This document shows, in pieces, positions 26,005-38,661 of a stretch of 64,000 bases of DNA. The notes under the pieces are model-generated. The model saw only the letters and a program-made list of their open reading frames with translations. It ran no database searches and was not told the origin of the DNA. The position numbers were made by a program, and so were the translations under genes. Within the stretch, counting starts at the first letter, position 1, and every line of letters starts with the position of its first letter. The DNA is taken from contig MU054049.1 of assembly GCA_013239625.1 (NCBI GenBank), positions 881,015 through 945,014 of the forward strand, in the 5' to 3' direction. The DNA is from Lama guanicoe. Its lineage: Eukaryota.

Positions 26005-26963
26005 GACAAAATGACAAATTTGGAGGAAAAAAAATCAAGATAGTCTTATGAACCATAGCTTAACAATTTTTGCATATAAAGACATTTTTAAAATTAATGA
26101 GAAAAGAGTGAAAACCCTGATAGGGTAATAGGCTAAGAGCGGACAATTCAAAAGGCACGAAAAGCATCCATCCACGCTAGTTATCTGAGGCTGCAGTTGA
26201 GATGGGATATTTTTTCTTACATGAGGTTTCTCATTTAAGATGAAAGAGCAGCGCCGTGCTCAATGTTGGCCTTGGTGGACAGAAATCAGCCTTAAGCCCT
26301 TTCCCACGGAGCCCTTGGAGGCTCATCTGGTAAACTTCTGGAGAATGAGTTAGTAACAGGGACCAAAGCACTAAAATATAAACTAAAAAATAAAGCACAT
26401 TAAAAAATTTGCAATCCCATGTTTTAAACTTACAATTCCACTTGTCAGAATTTATCTGAAGGAAATAAATGCTTGCACAACTAAAACTAAGATAGCTGCA
26501 TGAGATTTGACAAGCGTGTAGGAGAATCTGTGAGCAATTGATGGTGAGGAAGGTGAGGGAGAGGGGGATCTAGAGAATCACTTCTTGGAATTTCCCTGTA
26601 GGACAAGTGGGTGCCTGGTAGGGCCACTCACTAAGACAAGATGCAGCAGGTTTGGCGGGAAAGCAATGGATTCGGTGGTATGTGTTTGATGTTCCAGGAG
26701 TTCCAGGTTCAGGGGAGATGTCTGGGGTCAGTTGGATGTGGCTTTGGAGCTCAGCAGGAAGTTGAAGAATTCCCAGGCACTAGGGTTAGGGATACAGTGG
26801 AAGCTGGAGGGTAGGTGATTCCGTAGCCTTTAGCTGCACCTGGAAAGCAGGTGGAGCCATTGGTTTGGGCTGGCCAGGGTGGGGGTGGGGTAGGGTAGGT
26901 GATGCTCACGCCTGGCTTTGTAGCTTTGACATCTCTGAGCAAATCCTGTTTGTTGCACTTCAG

Positions 26964-27078
26964 GCCTGGGAACACTCTGTGGGGATCATCTGCTTTCCCA
27001 GTCTCGCGAAGCTGGCTGAAGATGTTTCCAACCAGCTTGCCCAAGAAATACAAAAGGTCCTGGTGGGAAAGCCTGCAG
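26964..27078 (+). CDS. WDFY4: WDFY4 coding exon 2
   Basis: cttcag|GCC TGG; AWEHSVGIICFPSLAKLAEDVSNQLAQEIQKVLVGKPA; G|gtaaga; 115 nt. Confidence 0.95.
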
Positions 27079-27832
27079 GTAAGAGAAGAGAGGTTAGGGA
27101 GAACTTCCTGGAGAGCAGAACAGCTCTGTGTATTCCTCCCAGGCCTCCGGCTAAGCCCCTCTGGGCTGTCTAGAGGACTGAGAGTAATGCTTTTGGGAAT
27201 GCATGGTGGGCCGGGTTCCGCCACGGAGTACCCTGGAGAACAAGGACAAGGCAAAGGGGGATGTGGGGAACTCTGCTGCTCTTGGGAGGGACACACATAC
27301 ACACACACACGCAGACAACACAGAAACCAAAGCCAACCATGTTTCTTGCCATGGGGTTTCCAGGCTTGCATTCTTCCACTCACAGAGCTGGACCCTGAAG
27401 GCTGAGGGTATGGGGCTGAGGGCAGGAGGGAATTCCAGGGGGAAGGGATAGCTTGAGCATGGTGTAGATTACAAGAATCCCCATGACAAAGGGGACGTGG
27501 GATACAGGAAGTAGGGTGAAGACACTGGGTTGTGGCAAGTCCAATCACCAAGGACTTTGTTCTTATTATTTAGCAATAGGGAGCCATTGATGGTTGTTGA
27601 ACAGGGTTGGTGGCAAGACAAAGGCTATCCCCCGAGGAGATGAATGTGGCAAGAGTGTGAGATGTTTGGTACAGATTCAGGTGACATTGTTGGGAAGGCA
27701 AGAGGCAGAAGTTCCCTAAAGATGCTAAGACACATCTCATGGAGAGACAGGCCGAATAGAGGGAAGCTGGGTGACCAGGCCACCGCACTGCCCTGCTGGT
27801 GACACTTTCTCCCCTTCCCGCACTCTTGCCAG

Positions 27833-27939
27833 AACAAGCACGGGTGGCAGCTGGGCAATTTCTGCGATGGAAGGGGGACACAGACCAGGATGGCTACCTG
27901 CTCTTGAAGTCGGTGTACGTGCTCACTGGGACAGATTCG
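27833..27939 (+). CDS. WDFY4: WDFY4 coding exon 3
   Basis: cttgccag|AA; (E)QARVAAGQFLRWKGDTDQDGYLLLKSVYVLTGTDS; TCG|gtaagg; 107 nt. Confidence 0.95.
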
Positions 27940-28216
27940 GTAAGGTCCAGGCCCCCCTGGCACGGCCTGGGTGCTTCTCATCCGTGTGCAGAGAGAAGTC
28001 CCAGCACAGGGCAGTGGTGCGTCTCAAGAGTGTCTTCTTTCTCATGAAACTGATGTATCGTTTCTCCTCCCCAACTCCCCTTCTGATATAGAACGTGGAC
28101 TTCAGAGCCTGAAGTTCATCTTCAAATCCTGTCTTTTCAGTTGACAAGCTGCGTGTCACCTTGAACAAAGTATTTGACCTCTCTGCATCTCCGTTGTGTT
28201 GTTAATTTTAAAATTA

Positions 28217-28306
28217 GGGAAGGGGGTAGAACTCAGTGGTAGAGCACGTGCTTAGCATGTACGAGGTCCTGGGTTCAATCCCTATTACCTCCATTAAAGA
28301 AAAAAT
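28217..28306 (+). mobile_element. tRNA-Ala-derived SINE copy 2, inserted in a MIR
   Basis: gggggtagaactcagtggtagagcacgtgcttagcatgtacgaggtcctgggttcaatccctattacctccattaaagaaaaaa. Confidence 0.85.
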
Positions 28307-29896
28307 ATAGAGTAAAAGATCAAGGAATATTAATACTTCTGTTCTAGGGCGAGTGTGAGGTTTGACAACGGCAGGTGTGTATGGACTGTATTTCCCGTGT
28401 GTCAGGGCAAGGTGGGGGCATCCCCTGCGTTGTACCAGTTAATCCTCCCCAAATCCTGTGAGTCAGATTACAGTGGTGCTGCACTGGTGGCGAGAACTCA
28501 GGCTCCCCCGTGACGTGCAGCTGCAGCCTGACTCCGGAGCCCGTGCTCCGAGCCTCTGTTCTTTCCTGCCTCCTGCTAAACTCAGACTAAAGGAGCCAGG
28601 CCTGTAGGCACCGATCCCTTAAGGCTGGCTCCTCCTTCTTCCCTTCCCGCCTGGGCCCTTGGCTGCAGTCACATCCTCCCACCGTGAGGCGGGGACCTGG
28701 AGGGCTTTGCCGATGATTGGCGTCCTCTCAGGTGGAAGCACTCCCTGGGGGCGGTGGCCATCAGCAGAAGTGGCCAGAAGCCCTGCCACAGGGCAGGCCC
28801 AGAGGCTCATCCATCTAGCCTGTGTGCCACGTTGGTGCCCAGACTAGGAATGTCAGGGAACCAGGCTGGGGTGGTGGCTGCCCTCAGTGTAACGGTGAAC
28901 ACAGACATCGGACAGGCAAGTGGAGACAGTGCCAGGAGGTGAGAGAGGAGCACAGGTGTTCACTGGAGGGAGGACCACCTGACTTCCTCCATGTAAACTG
29001 CCTGGACCACCATCAGGCACTGTGGCCTGAGGCACAGAGCAGGGGCTCTTCAACCCCTGGGACAGGACTGTTTCCAGTCTGAGTTGTAAAAACCTAAAGC
29101 TTTGTTTTCTGCTGCGAGGGGTCAGCTCTAAAAGCAGTGAGGGAAATAGGCAGCTGGCTTTCAGTGGAGCCAGCACAGCTCAGAGGACAGGGAGAGCCAC
29201 CCCGAGCACAGCCACGCAGGGCCACGTGTCAAATCCAGGGGCAGACATCAGCTGTAGTGGAAGCTTTCGGGTACTAGCGGGCTGCAGTGCACTCCTGGTG
29301 CTGGCCTGGACTGCACACTTTTCCCTTCTCTTTTTCTCATTTACCCACCACGTCTGTCAGATTAGTCCACTGGGTGGGACAATATACTTTAGATTCTGGT
29401 TTAGACCACACCTGTGCTCACTCTCGTGCATACGTGCACACACACGCAGAGGCTGCAGCCGCAGTAATCCCAGTGGAGTGGCAGGCAGAGCCCATAGAAG
29501 AAAGGCCCAGGAGGCTCCACACTCAGGCTGTCCCCTCTGCTGACTGCCTGTCTCCTCTCTGTCTGGAGCCCTGGGGCTGTTTAGTTGAGGGGTGGCTCTC
29601 TGGATTATTGGTCCTCGCCTATAGTGCTGTTTGGTGGTGGTGAGGTCTTAGATCTGGATGAGGGGATGGAAAGCATCCTGATCACGTCTTTAAGTCAGTT
29701 GCTTGTGCTTGTTATCAACCACCCTGTCCTGATTGAGTTTCCAGTTCCCTCACCAGGAGGAAACCTACCAAAACCAGCAGTGTGATTGCCAGGAAAGCCC
29801 TTGATTTCTGCTCTGTACCAGTTCCTCCCTCTTTCCCTCCCTCCCTCCTTTCCTTCCTTCCTGTCATCCATCTATTGTATAAAAGATACAACGTTT

Positions 29897-30702
29897 ATGA
29901 AAAGATGCTCAGTGCTGTTAATTATCAGAGAAATGCAAATCAAGACTACGATGAAGTATCACCTCACATCAGTCAGAATGGCCATCATTAAAAAGTTCAC
30001 AAATGATAAATGCTGGAGAGGGCGTGGAGAACAGGGAACCCTCCTACACTGCTGGTGGGAATGCAGTTTGGTGCAGCCATTATGGAGATTTCTTTAAAAA
30101 CTAAAAATAGACTTACCATATGATCCAGCAATCCCTCTCCTGGGCATACATCCAGAGGGAGCTCTAATTTGAAAAGATATTTGCACCTCAATGTATATAT
30201 GCATCATACACACACACATACATATATACAATGGAATACTACTCAGCCATAAAAAAGAATGAAGTAATGCCATTTGCAGCAACATGGATGGACGTAGAGA
30301 TGATCATACTAAGTGAAGTAAGTCAGAGAAAGAGAAGTACCATCTGATATCACTTATATGTGGAATCTAGAAAAAAAAATGATACAAATGAACTTTTTTA
30401 CAAAACAGAAACAGACTCACAAACATAGAAAACAATCTTAACGGTTACTTAAAAGGAAAAGGGGGGAGGGATTAATTAGAAGTTTCGGATTAACATACAC
30501 ATACTATTATATGTAAAATAGATAAACAACAAGGTACTACCATATAGCACAGAGAACTATATTCAGTATCTTATAATAACCTATAATGGAAAAGAATATA
30601 AAAAAAGAATATAATGGAAAAGAATATGTGTAACTGAATCACTATGCTTTATACCAGGAACTAACACAACATTGTAAATCAACTATACTTCAATAAAAAA
30701 AG
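29897..30702 (+). mobile_element. 5'-truncated L1 (ORF2 C-terminus + 3'UTR) with internal deletions
   Basis: [58 protein letters not shown] at 30692-30697. Confidence 0.9.
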
Positions 30703-30920
30703 ATATGTTGATAATATTCACTTTATATAAACTTAAACATCCCAGGTGGGTTCTACAATTGTCTCCATTCTTAACTAAGAATGTGTTGCCCAGAAAGAGG
30801 AAATGACTTACCCACATTCCTGCTAAAACGGCCGCACTGGCCGAGCTCGTCGGTCTGGGTCTGGAGCTGTGCTCTGCGCGGCTCTGCGGCCCTGGGTCAC
30901 ATCTTGCTTTTCCTTTGTAG

Positions 30921-31055
30921 GAGACTCTGGGCAGAGTTGCTGAATCTGGGCTCCCAGCCCTACTTCTACAGTGCCTTTATCTCTTCTTTGTCTTTCCTCT
31001 GGAGAAGGATGAGCTCTTTGAGAGTGATGCTCCAGTTCAGAGGATGTTTGTGCAG
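30921..31055 (+). CDS. WDFY4: WDFY4 coding exon 4
   Basis: tttgtag|GAG; ETLGRVAESGLPALLLQCLYLFFVFPLEKDELFESDAPVQRMFVQ; CAG|gtgagt; 135 nt. This frame is not shown in the ORF track. Confidence 0.95.
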
Positions 31056-31180
31056 GTGAGTGAGCACAGGGCTGTCTCCCTGGGGGCCAGGACCACACTC
31101 TGTTCCTTGGACATCCTTTCATCTCTCCCTTACGACTTCTGAAGCTCCTCTAATCTCCTGGAGGGCCCAGGTCAGCCCTC

Positions 31181-31649
31181 TGTTACTGACCTGGGTCCTT
31201 AGACTCTTTAACTCAATAGAAATAGATAAAAGGCCAGAAGAGGAATTCAGGTGAAGCTGTATTGGGACTCGTGCTGCAGCACAAGGGAGCAAAAACAAGG
31301 AACAGGTTCCCTTGCTCTCTCCCTGAGGAGGGGCGAGCTGGACCCTTAAATGGGGGGATGGTAGGGGCTTACTGGTGGGTTGGACAGGAGGACTGGCTTA
31401 GGTGGTCTGCCCACCCCCTTGGTGGTGCTTTGTGCAGGGATCACGTGCAGTACGCTGCTTTTGCTCCCACCTCGGAAATGGCAGGTGGGATTTTGGCCTT
31501 TTTGTATCTTACTGTCTATAACTGCTGGACTGCTGAGCATGTGTGTAGTTATTTTTAGTCCCTTATGGTTACTTTGTATTCTGTTACTGGAGGAGACGTT
31601 TGTCCAGGGGCAAGCGTGAACACTTCAGTAGAGGGTCTCAGGTCCCAGC
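31181..31649 (-). mobile_element. solo ERV LTR (probable)
   Basis: Starts tgttactgacctgggtccttagactc...caatagaaat, ends ...ggtcccagca (TG...CA); resembles laurasiatherian ERV1 LTRs; no clear TSD. Confidence 0.55.
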
Positions 31650-31669
31650 ATCGAGGTGACGGAGAGAAG

Positions 31670-32270
31670 AAGCAAAGTAGGGGGAGAAGTCACAGGAATA
31701 AATGAGCAGCGTGCAGTTTTTTAAGTGCTCTGATGGAAGATGAAAGATGTGCTGGGAGGTGAGGACAAGTGGACCTGACTTACAGTAGAGCCTAAATGGA
31801 GGCTTTTCTGAAGAAATGGCATTGAACCAGGAAGGTTGAGATGGAGACATGAATGAGGAGGAGATGGAAGAGGAGCAGAAATGGCCATTCAGGCCAAGAG
31901 CCACATGGCCACATTCACCTGCCACTGCAGGGGTGGCCTGGAAAGACATCTGGCACCGAGCTCCACTGCTGTCCAGCTGGGACTCCATCAGTGGGAGAGA
32001 AAGGGCTCATGGATTCAGACAGAAGGTAGTTTCCATATTTGCCAAACTAGAGGAAGATCTAGTTAACCCAGTGAGAGCCAAAGAGAGAGTATATGTGATA
32101 ATGTGGGAGATGATGCAGGGCTGGACCACACACACCTCTCTGAGCCAGGCTAAGGTATTTGGTTTCTATCCCAAGTGCATAGGAAGGTGTTGGAAGACCG
32201 TCTGGTAGCCACAGGGACACTGGACTGGCAGGGGCAAGGAGCCTAGTTAACAGGCTATAGGATCGTACTC
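31670..32270. mobile_element. L2 LINE remnant
   Basis: aagtgctctgatggaag...ggaggcttttctgaagaaatggcattgaac...aggctaaggtatttggtttctatcccaagtgcataggaagg. Confidence 0.55.
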
Positions 32271-32650
32271 GTGATCTCATGGAAAGGTAGGGTTTCTGTG
32301 TCAACCAGTGATTCAGGAACACAGCTCTAATTTTAAACAGCACTGAACCCTGTGAATTCTGTACTTTTATCATTGGTGGCATTTTCTGCATTTTTGTATA
32401 AAGACACCTCTCTGAGTCACTTTTCTAGTATTCTGATGTGGAAAAATTAACCACTGCTTGTACAGGATTTGGAGTCCACACTTCAGCCCTGTCACCCTTT
32501 TCTAGTGGGCACGGTTGACCATGCTGGTCTGGGGCCGATGGTAACCACAGGCAACCCAGACCTTCCCACTGAGACATGGAGAAGCAGGGAACAAATCCAT
32601 CACAGGAAGGAGGCTTCCTAACCAGAGTCTCTCTGGCTTTTATCTTCCAG

Positions 32651-32840
32651 ATGTTGCTCAACCTTTGCAGTGACGCTCAGGGTCTGGAGGGACTTCTCTC
32701 AGGAAATGAGCTCCAGTCTCTTGTGATTGCCACCACCTGTCTCCGAGAGCACAGCTGCTCCTTTTGGAAGGAGCCCACCTACTGTGTCCTGAAGGCAATC
32801 TCCAAGGCCCAGAACCTCAGCATCTTCCAATACCTGCAGG
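32651..32840 (+). CDS. WDFY4: WDFY4 coding exon 5
   Basis: cttccag|ATG; MLLNLCSDAQGLEGLLSGNELQSLVIATTCLREHSCSFWKEPTYCVLKAISKAQNLSIFQYLQ; G|gtagga; 190 nt. Confidence 0.95.
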
Positions 32841-33004
32841 GTAGGACCCAGGAGACCGGGGGTTGTCTGCGGGCCCACTTTATACTGTAAGACCCTGATG
32901 GAAGAATTTGCCCAGGCTCCCCAGCTAGTGAGGAAGAGAATTAAATTTTAAACCTGGAGATGCCCGATCCCAGTGCCTTGAGTTCTGCTCTGGGCAGCAC
33001 ATGC

Positions 33005-33250
33005 AGGGGTTAAAGCTGTAGATTCTGGAACCAGACAGCCAGGGTGTGGGCTCCAACTCTGTCATCCAAGCTGAGTGACCTTGGGCACTTCACTGCCTTG
33101 ATGTGTCCATTCTTCCCTCTGTAAAATGGAGGTAATAATCCCACTCATCTCATTGGACTGTGTGATACGTCAATGAGGTGCCATATTTGAAGCACTTAGA
33201 TAGCTCCCGGTACCCAGTGGATGCCCCATAGACATCAGCATCACAGCATC
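33005..33250 (+). mobile_element. MIR SINE
   Basis: gattctggaaccagacag...gctgagtgaccttgggca...ctctgtaaaatggaggtaataat. Confidence 0.7.
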
Positions 33251-34896
33251 ATTATGCAGGTGTGATCAAAGGCAAGACACTGAGGGACTCAGTTCCTTTA
33301 GCAGTCCCAGGGGCCTCCCTTAGCATCGTCTGTCTCCCGAGGACCCAGGTAATGCTGGGAAGCACAGACAGCACCGTGGCTCACGGAATCTTGGGAAAAT
33401 GCGTTGGCCTCCTCTCAGGTGCTGGCCCATCACGGGTGGGGAGGGAGGTTCTGCATGACTCCCAGGGGCATAGCTTGATCAGCTGGCCTCCCTACCCACC
33501 ACACACCACCATTTTTCAGCTCCACCATCAGAAGTGCCTCTTGGGAGCACAGCCATCCATCCCTTGGGTTAACTCCAAGTTGTGGGTCTTTTTTGGGAGA
33601 GGTGGGGGTCTGAGTCAGCTCAGGTGACCTGCTTATCTGCAAACGCTTGCCCTGTGACCTGTCATCTTTCTGGGGCCTCTTGTAACGGAGGGTATCAGCT
33701 GCTGAGAGCTGGGAAAGTACGTGGCTTCCCTCTTACTGTAACTGAGCACTGGGACAAAACGTCACCCCCAGTTTCGGGACTGAAAGTTCCCGGTGAGGCC
33801 AGGGCCCGCGGTAATGCTGGAGGGCTGGGCTGCACCTGAGGCATTCAGCAGCCCAGGCACTCCCCACAGGCCATAGTCGGAGACCCCTGGGGAAAGGCTG
33901 CCTGCATTGGTGGCGGGGGTCTCTCACTGCAGTCATTACTCTCAGCTGCCCAAGACAACAGCTGGAAAAGAAAAACTCCACCTCATTGAGGAGGTGGCCA
34001 TCTAGAGCCCCGTGCCAAGGACCCCTGTAGGAGAATGAGTAGTTTCCTTGGGTGTACAGGCAGAGGAGAAAGTCAGCAATAATGACTGGCCTGGTGTTTA
34101 CCCGCCAAGCCCACCGCTCTTGGTTCTGCCCTGTCCGGCAGGCAGACTCCGGAACACGTCTGAGGCCCTGCAGGTGGGGGACTGAGCATGCGTTGTCTCA
34201 AATTCTCGTAGGCACTTTCCTGATCCACTGGGGTGGCTTTCCTGATACTCAGAGAAGGCTTCCTCCAATGAAAGAGATGTAGAAACTGTGATCCATCAAA
34301 ATGCACACACCTCTCTTCTGACTCAAATCTTCCCCTGGCTTCTTGCAGCCCTGGGGTAACCGGCAGGTCCCACAGCAGGCCGCACACCAGCGGGGCCTGC
34401 CTTCCCCCCACCCGTGTGGACCACACTCCCAGGCTCCACCTCCCTGGATTCTTTGGTAGCTGAAATACACCACCTTTTTGCCCCTTACCTTCCCATGTAT
34501 TCATTTATCTTTCCCTGCACTTTTCACCAAGCTGATATCTGCTCGGCGTTGCTTCCTGAAGGTCTTCTGTGACCCTCAGGGCTTGTGTCTTGCATCTTGT
34601 TATTTAATGGACCTGGACCCTCCTCTGTGTGCTCTGGGAGTTAGAAGTAGGCAGTTTAGAGGCTTCCTTCCTCTTCCTGGTTCACCTGCTCTCCATCTGG
34701 GCCCCAGAGCATGGCTCTCAGGGTGACCCTTCCCAAAGAAGAGGCTTCTTCTTGATCCAAGAGCCAGCAGAAAAGTGTCCTGGATGAATCTTTGTTCACA
34801 TCTTGATATACAGTTTAAAGGAGAGTGGGGAGGAAATGACCCGTGCAGAAAAGCTATAGCCGCCGAACTCAGCAGAGGTGTGTTTCCCTCCCGCAG

Positions 34897-35086
34897 CCAT
34901 GGATTGCATCAAGATCTCCCTCCAGAACCTCTCCCGGCTTGCAGACACTCTCCCCGCCCCCGAGGTGAGCGAGGCGGTGAGCCTGATCTTGGGCTTTGTG
35001 AAGGACTCCTACCCCGTCTCTTCAGCCCTGTTCCTGGAGTTTGAGAACGGGGAGGGCTACCCGCTGCTACTCAAAGTGTTACTTCG
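34897..35086 (+). CDS. WDFY4: WDFY4 coding exon 6
   Basis: cccgcag|CC; (A)MDCIKISLQNLSRLADTLPAPEVSEAVSLILGFVKDSYPVSSALFLEFENGEGYPLLLKVLL; CG|gtaagt; 190 nt. Confidence 0.95.
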
Positions 35087-36799
35087 GTAAGTGGCTGTGC
35101 CTGGTGGGGAAGAAACTGTGGGAGCCTAGACCCTCAGAATCATTGATGGTGCTTTGAAGAAAGACATATATTGGGCATATATTGTGAAAGTAATTCTGTG
35201 TGCAGCCTGGTTTGGTAGCCCTTCTTTAGAAAACCCATGGGTGATTGCAGTAATAGTTTTACAAAGTCCGTTTGGTGGCCTGGACAACCTGCACGCCTGC
35301 TGGCCCGATAGCCACCTGTCAGAATCCCCTTCCTGTGTTGGAGGGCTTTCTGGGATGGCTATAACCAGCTCTGCCTGCATATCTAGGGGCTGGAAGTGCT
35401 GAAAAATCAGCAACCCCCAGGACCAGCCCTCTACCAGTGCCTGGCAGAAGCTGATGGATGAATGCCCAGCCACACTGCATCTTGGGTGGAATAGCTCTAC
35501 CCCGCCTTCCAGAGTCTCTGGAAGGTTTAAACTCCAGTAGTTCTTGCTGGATAATTCTCCCATACTGGCTTCCTTCCCTTGCATGTCTCACAGGGCCTCT
35601 CCCCTACTGTTATTCTCCAATTCTTGACCCATGGGAAACCCAAGCAAAGACGTCACTCAGCTGGCTCTGGACTAATCTCCTCCATTCTGACCTGCTGTGT
35701 CGTCTTCAGGATGGGTCCAGGGATTGGATAAACCAAGGGACAGAAGTTAAAGAAATTCCTTGATGCTCCAAACTCTTCCACTGATCTTGGGGAATCTGCT
35801 TAAGGGCAAGGCCACAAAAAATTCCCCTGGGCTTTGCTCTGAACATGAGCGGCACTTCTCCGTGGGGTGCGGCTTACCACGTGCTTCACGGACATTGCTG
35901 CAGAATCAGGCTTCCGGTCTAGACGGATGGCTTGGACAAGGGGACTGAAAATCCCAAAGGAATGGGATTAGATGACAACACCCCGAGGGCCTTCCTCCAA
36001 AAGGACGCTAAGAATGCACGTCCCTGTGGGGATGCCCTATTTCACAGGAGTCTGTGTCATAACTAACTGCTACCGTTGGTGGTCTGTGTCCCAGCAGTTT
36101 CTGAACATTTCTTTGGTTACGTGGCTGGTTGATTTTCCCCAGGCTTCTTGTGGAAGGCAGGAGGGGAAAATAAACCTGCGCCAGGGAGTGCCAGGAGGGA
36201 CCCCTCTCAGCTCATTTGTTTTCCTTTCTGCCTTAACTGAGGTCCCATCGCCAGCACTTACACTCTTGACGGGTTTGCAGAGCTGCAGGGAGACTTGAGA
36301 GACAAGTCGTTCATGAGAGGAGCAAGGCAGCCCACCGCCACTTAAGTAGCTGGAAGCAATACTCACCCCTGAAATGAGCATGAGGAAATCTAACGAAGGC
36401 CGATTCTTTCCCATGATGTTTGTATCACTGCTCTTCTGAAATATTAAGTCCCTCATTTTGAGGATGCTCTTGCCCCGCTGTGGACCAGAGCACCTGCCTT
36501 TTGTGGGGGTTCCGGCCATGGAAAGCAGCCTTCCCATGAGCAGATACTGTACCTCGGGTATTCTAACTGCACATCCTGAGATCTAGGGCTGACATTTGCA
36601 AACAGTGACTTTTATCCAGGGCACTCCCCTTGCCCTTTGGGGCTGAACTGGTGGAGACTTTTGGGGTCTTGCCCAGCATTGCATCTGCATTGCCTCTGCC
36701 TCCCTGCATTGCCTCTGCATCCCTGTGAGGCAGCACCACGAGTAAACAGAGCTTCTCTGTCCCAGGCATCCCTGGGGCTGACCTCGTCTGTCCCCACAG

Positions 36800-36957
36800 G
36801 TACGATGAGCTGACCCAGAGTGATGGGGACCCCCACCTGGAGGAGCTCCTCGGGCTGGTGGTATGGCTGACAACCTGTGGAAGGTCCGAGCTGAAGGTGT
36901 TCGACAGCGTCACGTACCCACAGCTGGAAGGTTTCAAGTTCCACCACGAAACTTCTG
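36800..36957 (+). CDS. WDFY4: WDFY4 coding exon 7
   Basis: ccccacag|G; (R)YDELTQSDGDPHLEELLGLVVWLTTCGRSELKVFDSVTYPQLEGFKFHHETS; G|gtgggt; 158 nt. Not in the ORF track. Confidence 0.95.
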
Positions 36958-37344
36958 GTGGGTCATCTTGTGACTCTGGGAGCCGGCAGCACGCGGCACC
37001 GTGCCCTGACAAGACGACACAGCTCTTTCCCTGATTCTTTGTGCAGAAACAAACCTGTGGCACCTGTCAGTGACACAGTAGGGTCTGGTGTTGTCATGCC
37101 TTTGGGGAGATTACCTATGAATTTAAAATCTCTCCTTGATAGAGTTTTCCACGTGTCTTGGGTGGGACTGAGAGAAAATGTTTGCTTAAAAAAGGCAAAG
37201 ACTCTCTCAGATAATGGAGGGAGCCTCTGCTCTCCAACCCCACCCCTGGTGTGACTTATTTGGTGACATCTGCTTATATATCAGGCACTGATGGCCCTGA
37301 AACTGCCACCCAGGCTCAGAGTCAGTGGCTACTTAGTTCTGAGG

Positions 37345-37376
37345 GATCGATTGATCGATTGATCGATTGATCGATT
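37345..37376 (+). repeat. (GATCGATT)4 octamer tandem repeat
   Basis: Four perfect units followed by gatggatg. Confidence 0.95.
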
Positions 37377-37492
37377 GATGGATGAACTCAATCAACGTAC
37401 ACTGTTGCTCTCTGTCCAGCAGCCACTCTGCCCCAAGCTGGGCACCAGTGCGAACACGGCAGGTGTCTGCTCCTTAAAACTTCTCTGTAGAA

Positions 37493-37580
37493 GAGGTGGG
37501 GGTATAGTTCAGTGGTAGAGCATGTGCTATGCATGCATGAGGTCCTGGGTTCAGTCTCTAGTACCTGCATTTAAAAAAAA
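37493..37580 (+). mobile_element. tRNA-Ala-derived SINE copy 3
   Basis: gggggtatagttcagtggtagagcatgtgctatgcatgcatgaggtcctgggttcagtctctagtacctgc plus A tail; degenerate TSD ctctgtagaa / ctctgcagaa. Confidence 0.85.
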
Positions 37581-37982
37581 ATGCTCTGCAGAAATGGTTA
37601 CACACGACCTGAGCCATAATCTACTCAGTAACTGGCTGATTAACAGACACAGTGGTGACTCCAGGTGGGAGGATTAGCTCTGCCCGGTTCAGTCAGGAAA
37701 GTCTACACAGAGAGTCCTATTCAAGAGAGGTTTTGAGGCTAAAAAGAAATGGTGGCCAGAAACATCTGGGTGAGTCTGGGAAGATGGGCAGAGAGACCTG
37801 TGCAGACCAGAGAGTGGAGGCTGCAAAGCTGTGAGAGCTTAACCTTCCAGCTGCAGAGAAACGACGGGGTGGGTTCAGAAAGAGTCTTTATTTAACAGCT
37901 TGCCTAGAAATGAAACTGACTTTGCTTAGTGCTCTTCAACATCATTTGACTTTAATTGACTGAGAGCAATCCTCCAGCCCCC

Positions 37983-38487
37983 GCGCTGCCCAGTGGAAAT
38001 AGAATATGAGCCACATTATGTCATTTTAAATGTTCTAGTAGCAAAATTTTTAAAAATTAAGAAGAAACACGTTAAATTATTTTACTTTTTTCTTGAAGTA
38101 TGGTCGGTTTACAATGTGTTCATTTCTAGTGTACAGCATAGTGATTCAGTTATACATTATATATTCCTTTTCAGGTTCTTTTTCATTACAGGTTATTACA
38201 AGATATTGAATATAGTTCCCTGTGCTCTACAGTAGGACCTTGTTGTTTGTCTATTTTATATACAGTAGTTTCATTTAACCCAATAAATCCAAAATATTAC
38301 TAGCAAAAAGTGTAGTCATACAAATAATTGTTAATGGCTTCTCTTTCTCCTTTTTTTTTTTTTGCATTCTTTACTTTGTGCTATGTCTTGGAAATCTGGT
38401 GTGTATTTTTATACTCATGGTGCACCTCAGGTCACAGTGGCCACATGTCGGATGCTTAATTAGCCACCATGTCTTGGACAATGCAGT
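37983..38487 (+). mobile_element. MER33-like MITE interrupted by an antisense young L1 3'UTR fragment (~38085-38270)
   Basis: MER33 left arm gctgcccagtggaaatagaatatgagccacatt...; L1 ttgaagtatggtcggtttacaatg...tacagtagtt; MER33 right arm catttaacccaataaatccaaaatatt...ttggacaatgcag. Confidence 0.75.
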
Positions 38488-38661
38488 TCTAGCCTTACTC
38501 ACACCCTGGGCAGATGGCTTTTCTGGACTTCTCTAGACATTTACCCACGGGAGCTAGGAAATAGAAATTTTAAATGATATTTCCTAATGATAATGCAAGC
38601 ATGTGTTTCTAGGCCCCAGAAGGAGAAACGACTTGCAGATTATTCCTTTTTGCATTTTTAG

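Noticed and set aside
26751..27551. 266-aa minus-strand ORF
   Set aside because: Antisense to a WDFY4 exon, non-ATG start, low-complexity P/S/C composition
36685..36722. 19-bp tandem repeat upstream of an acceptor
   Set aside because: Two imperfect units with no clear splicing-factor consensus; probably slippage
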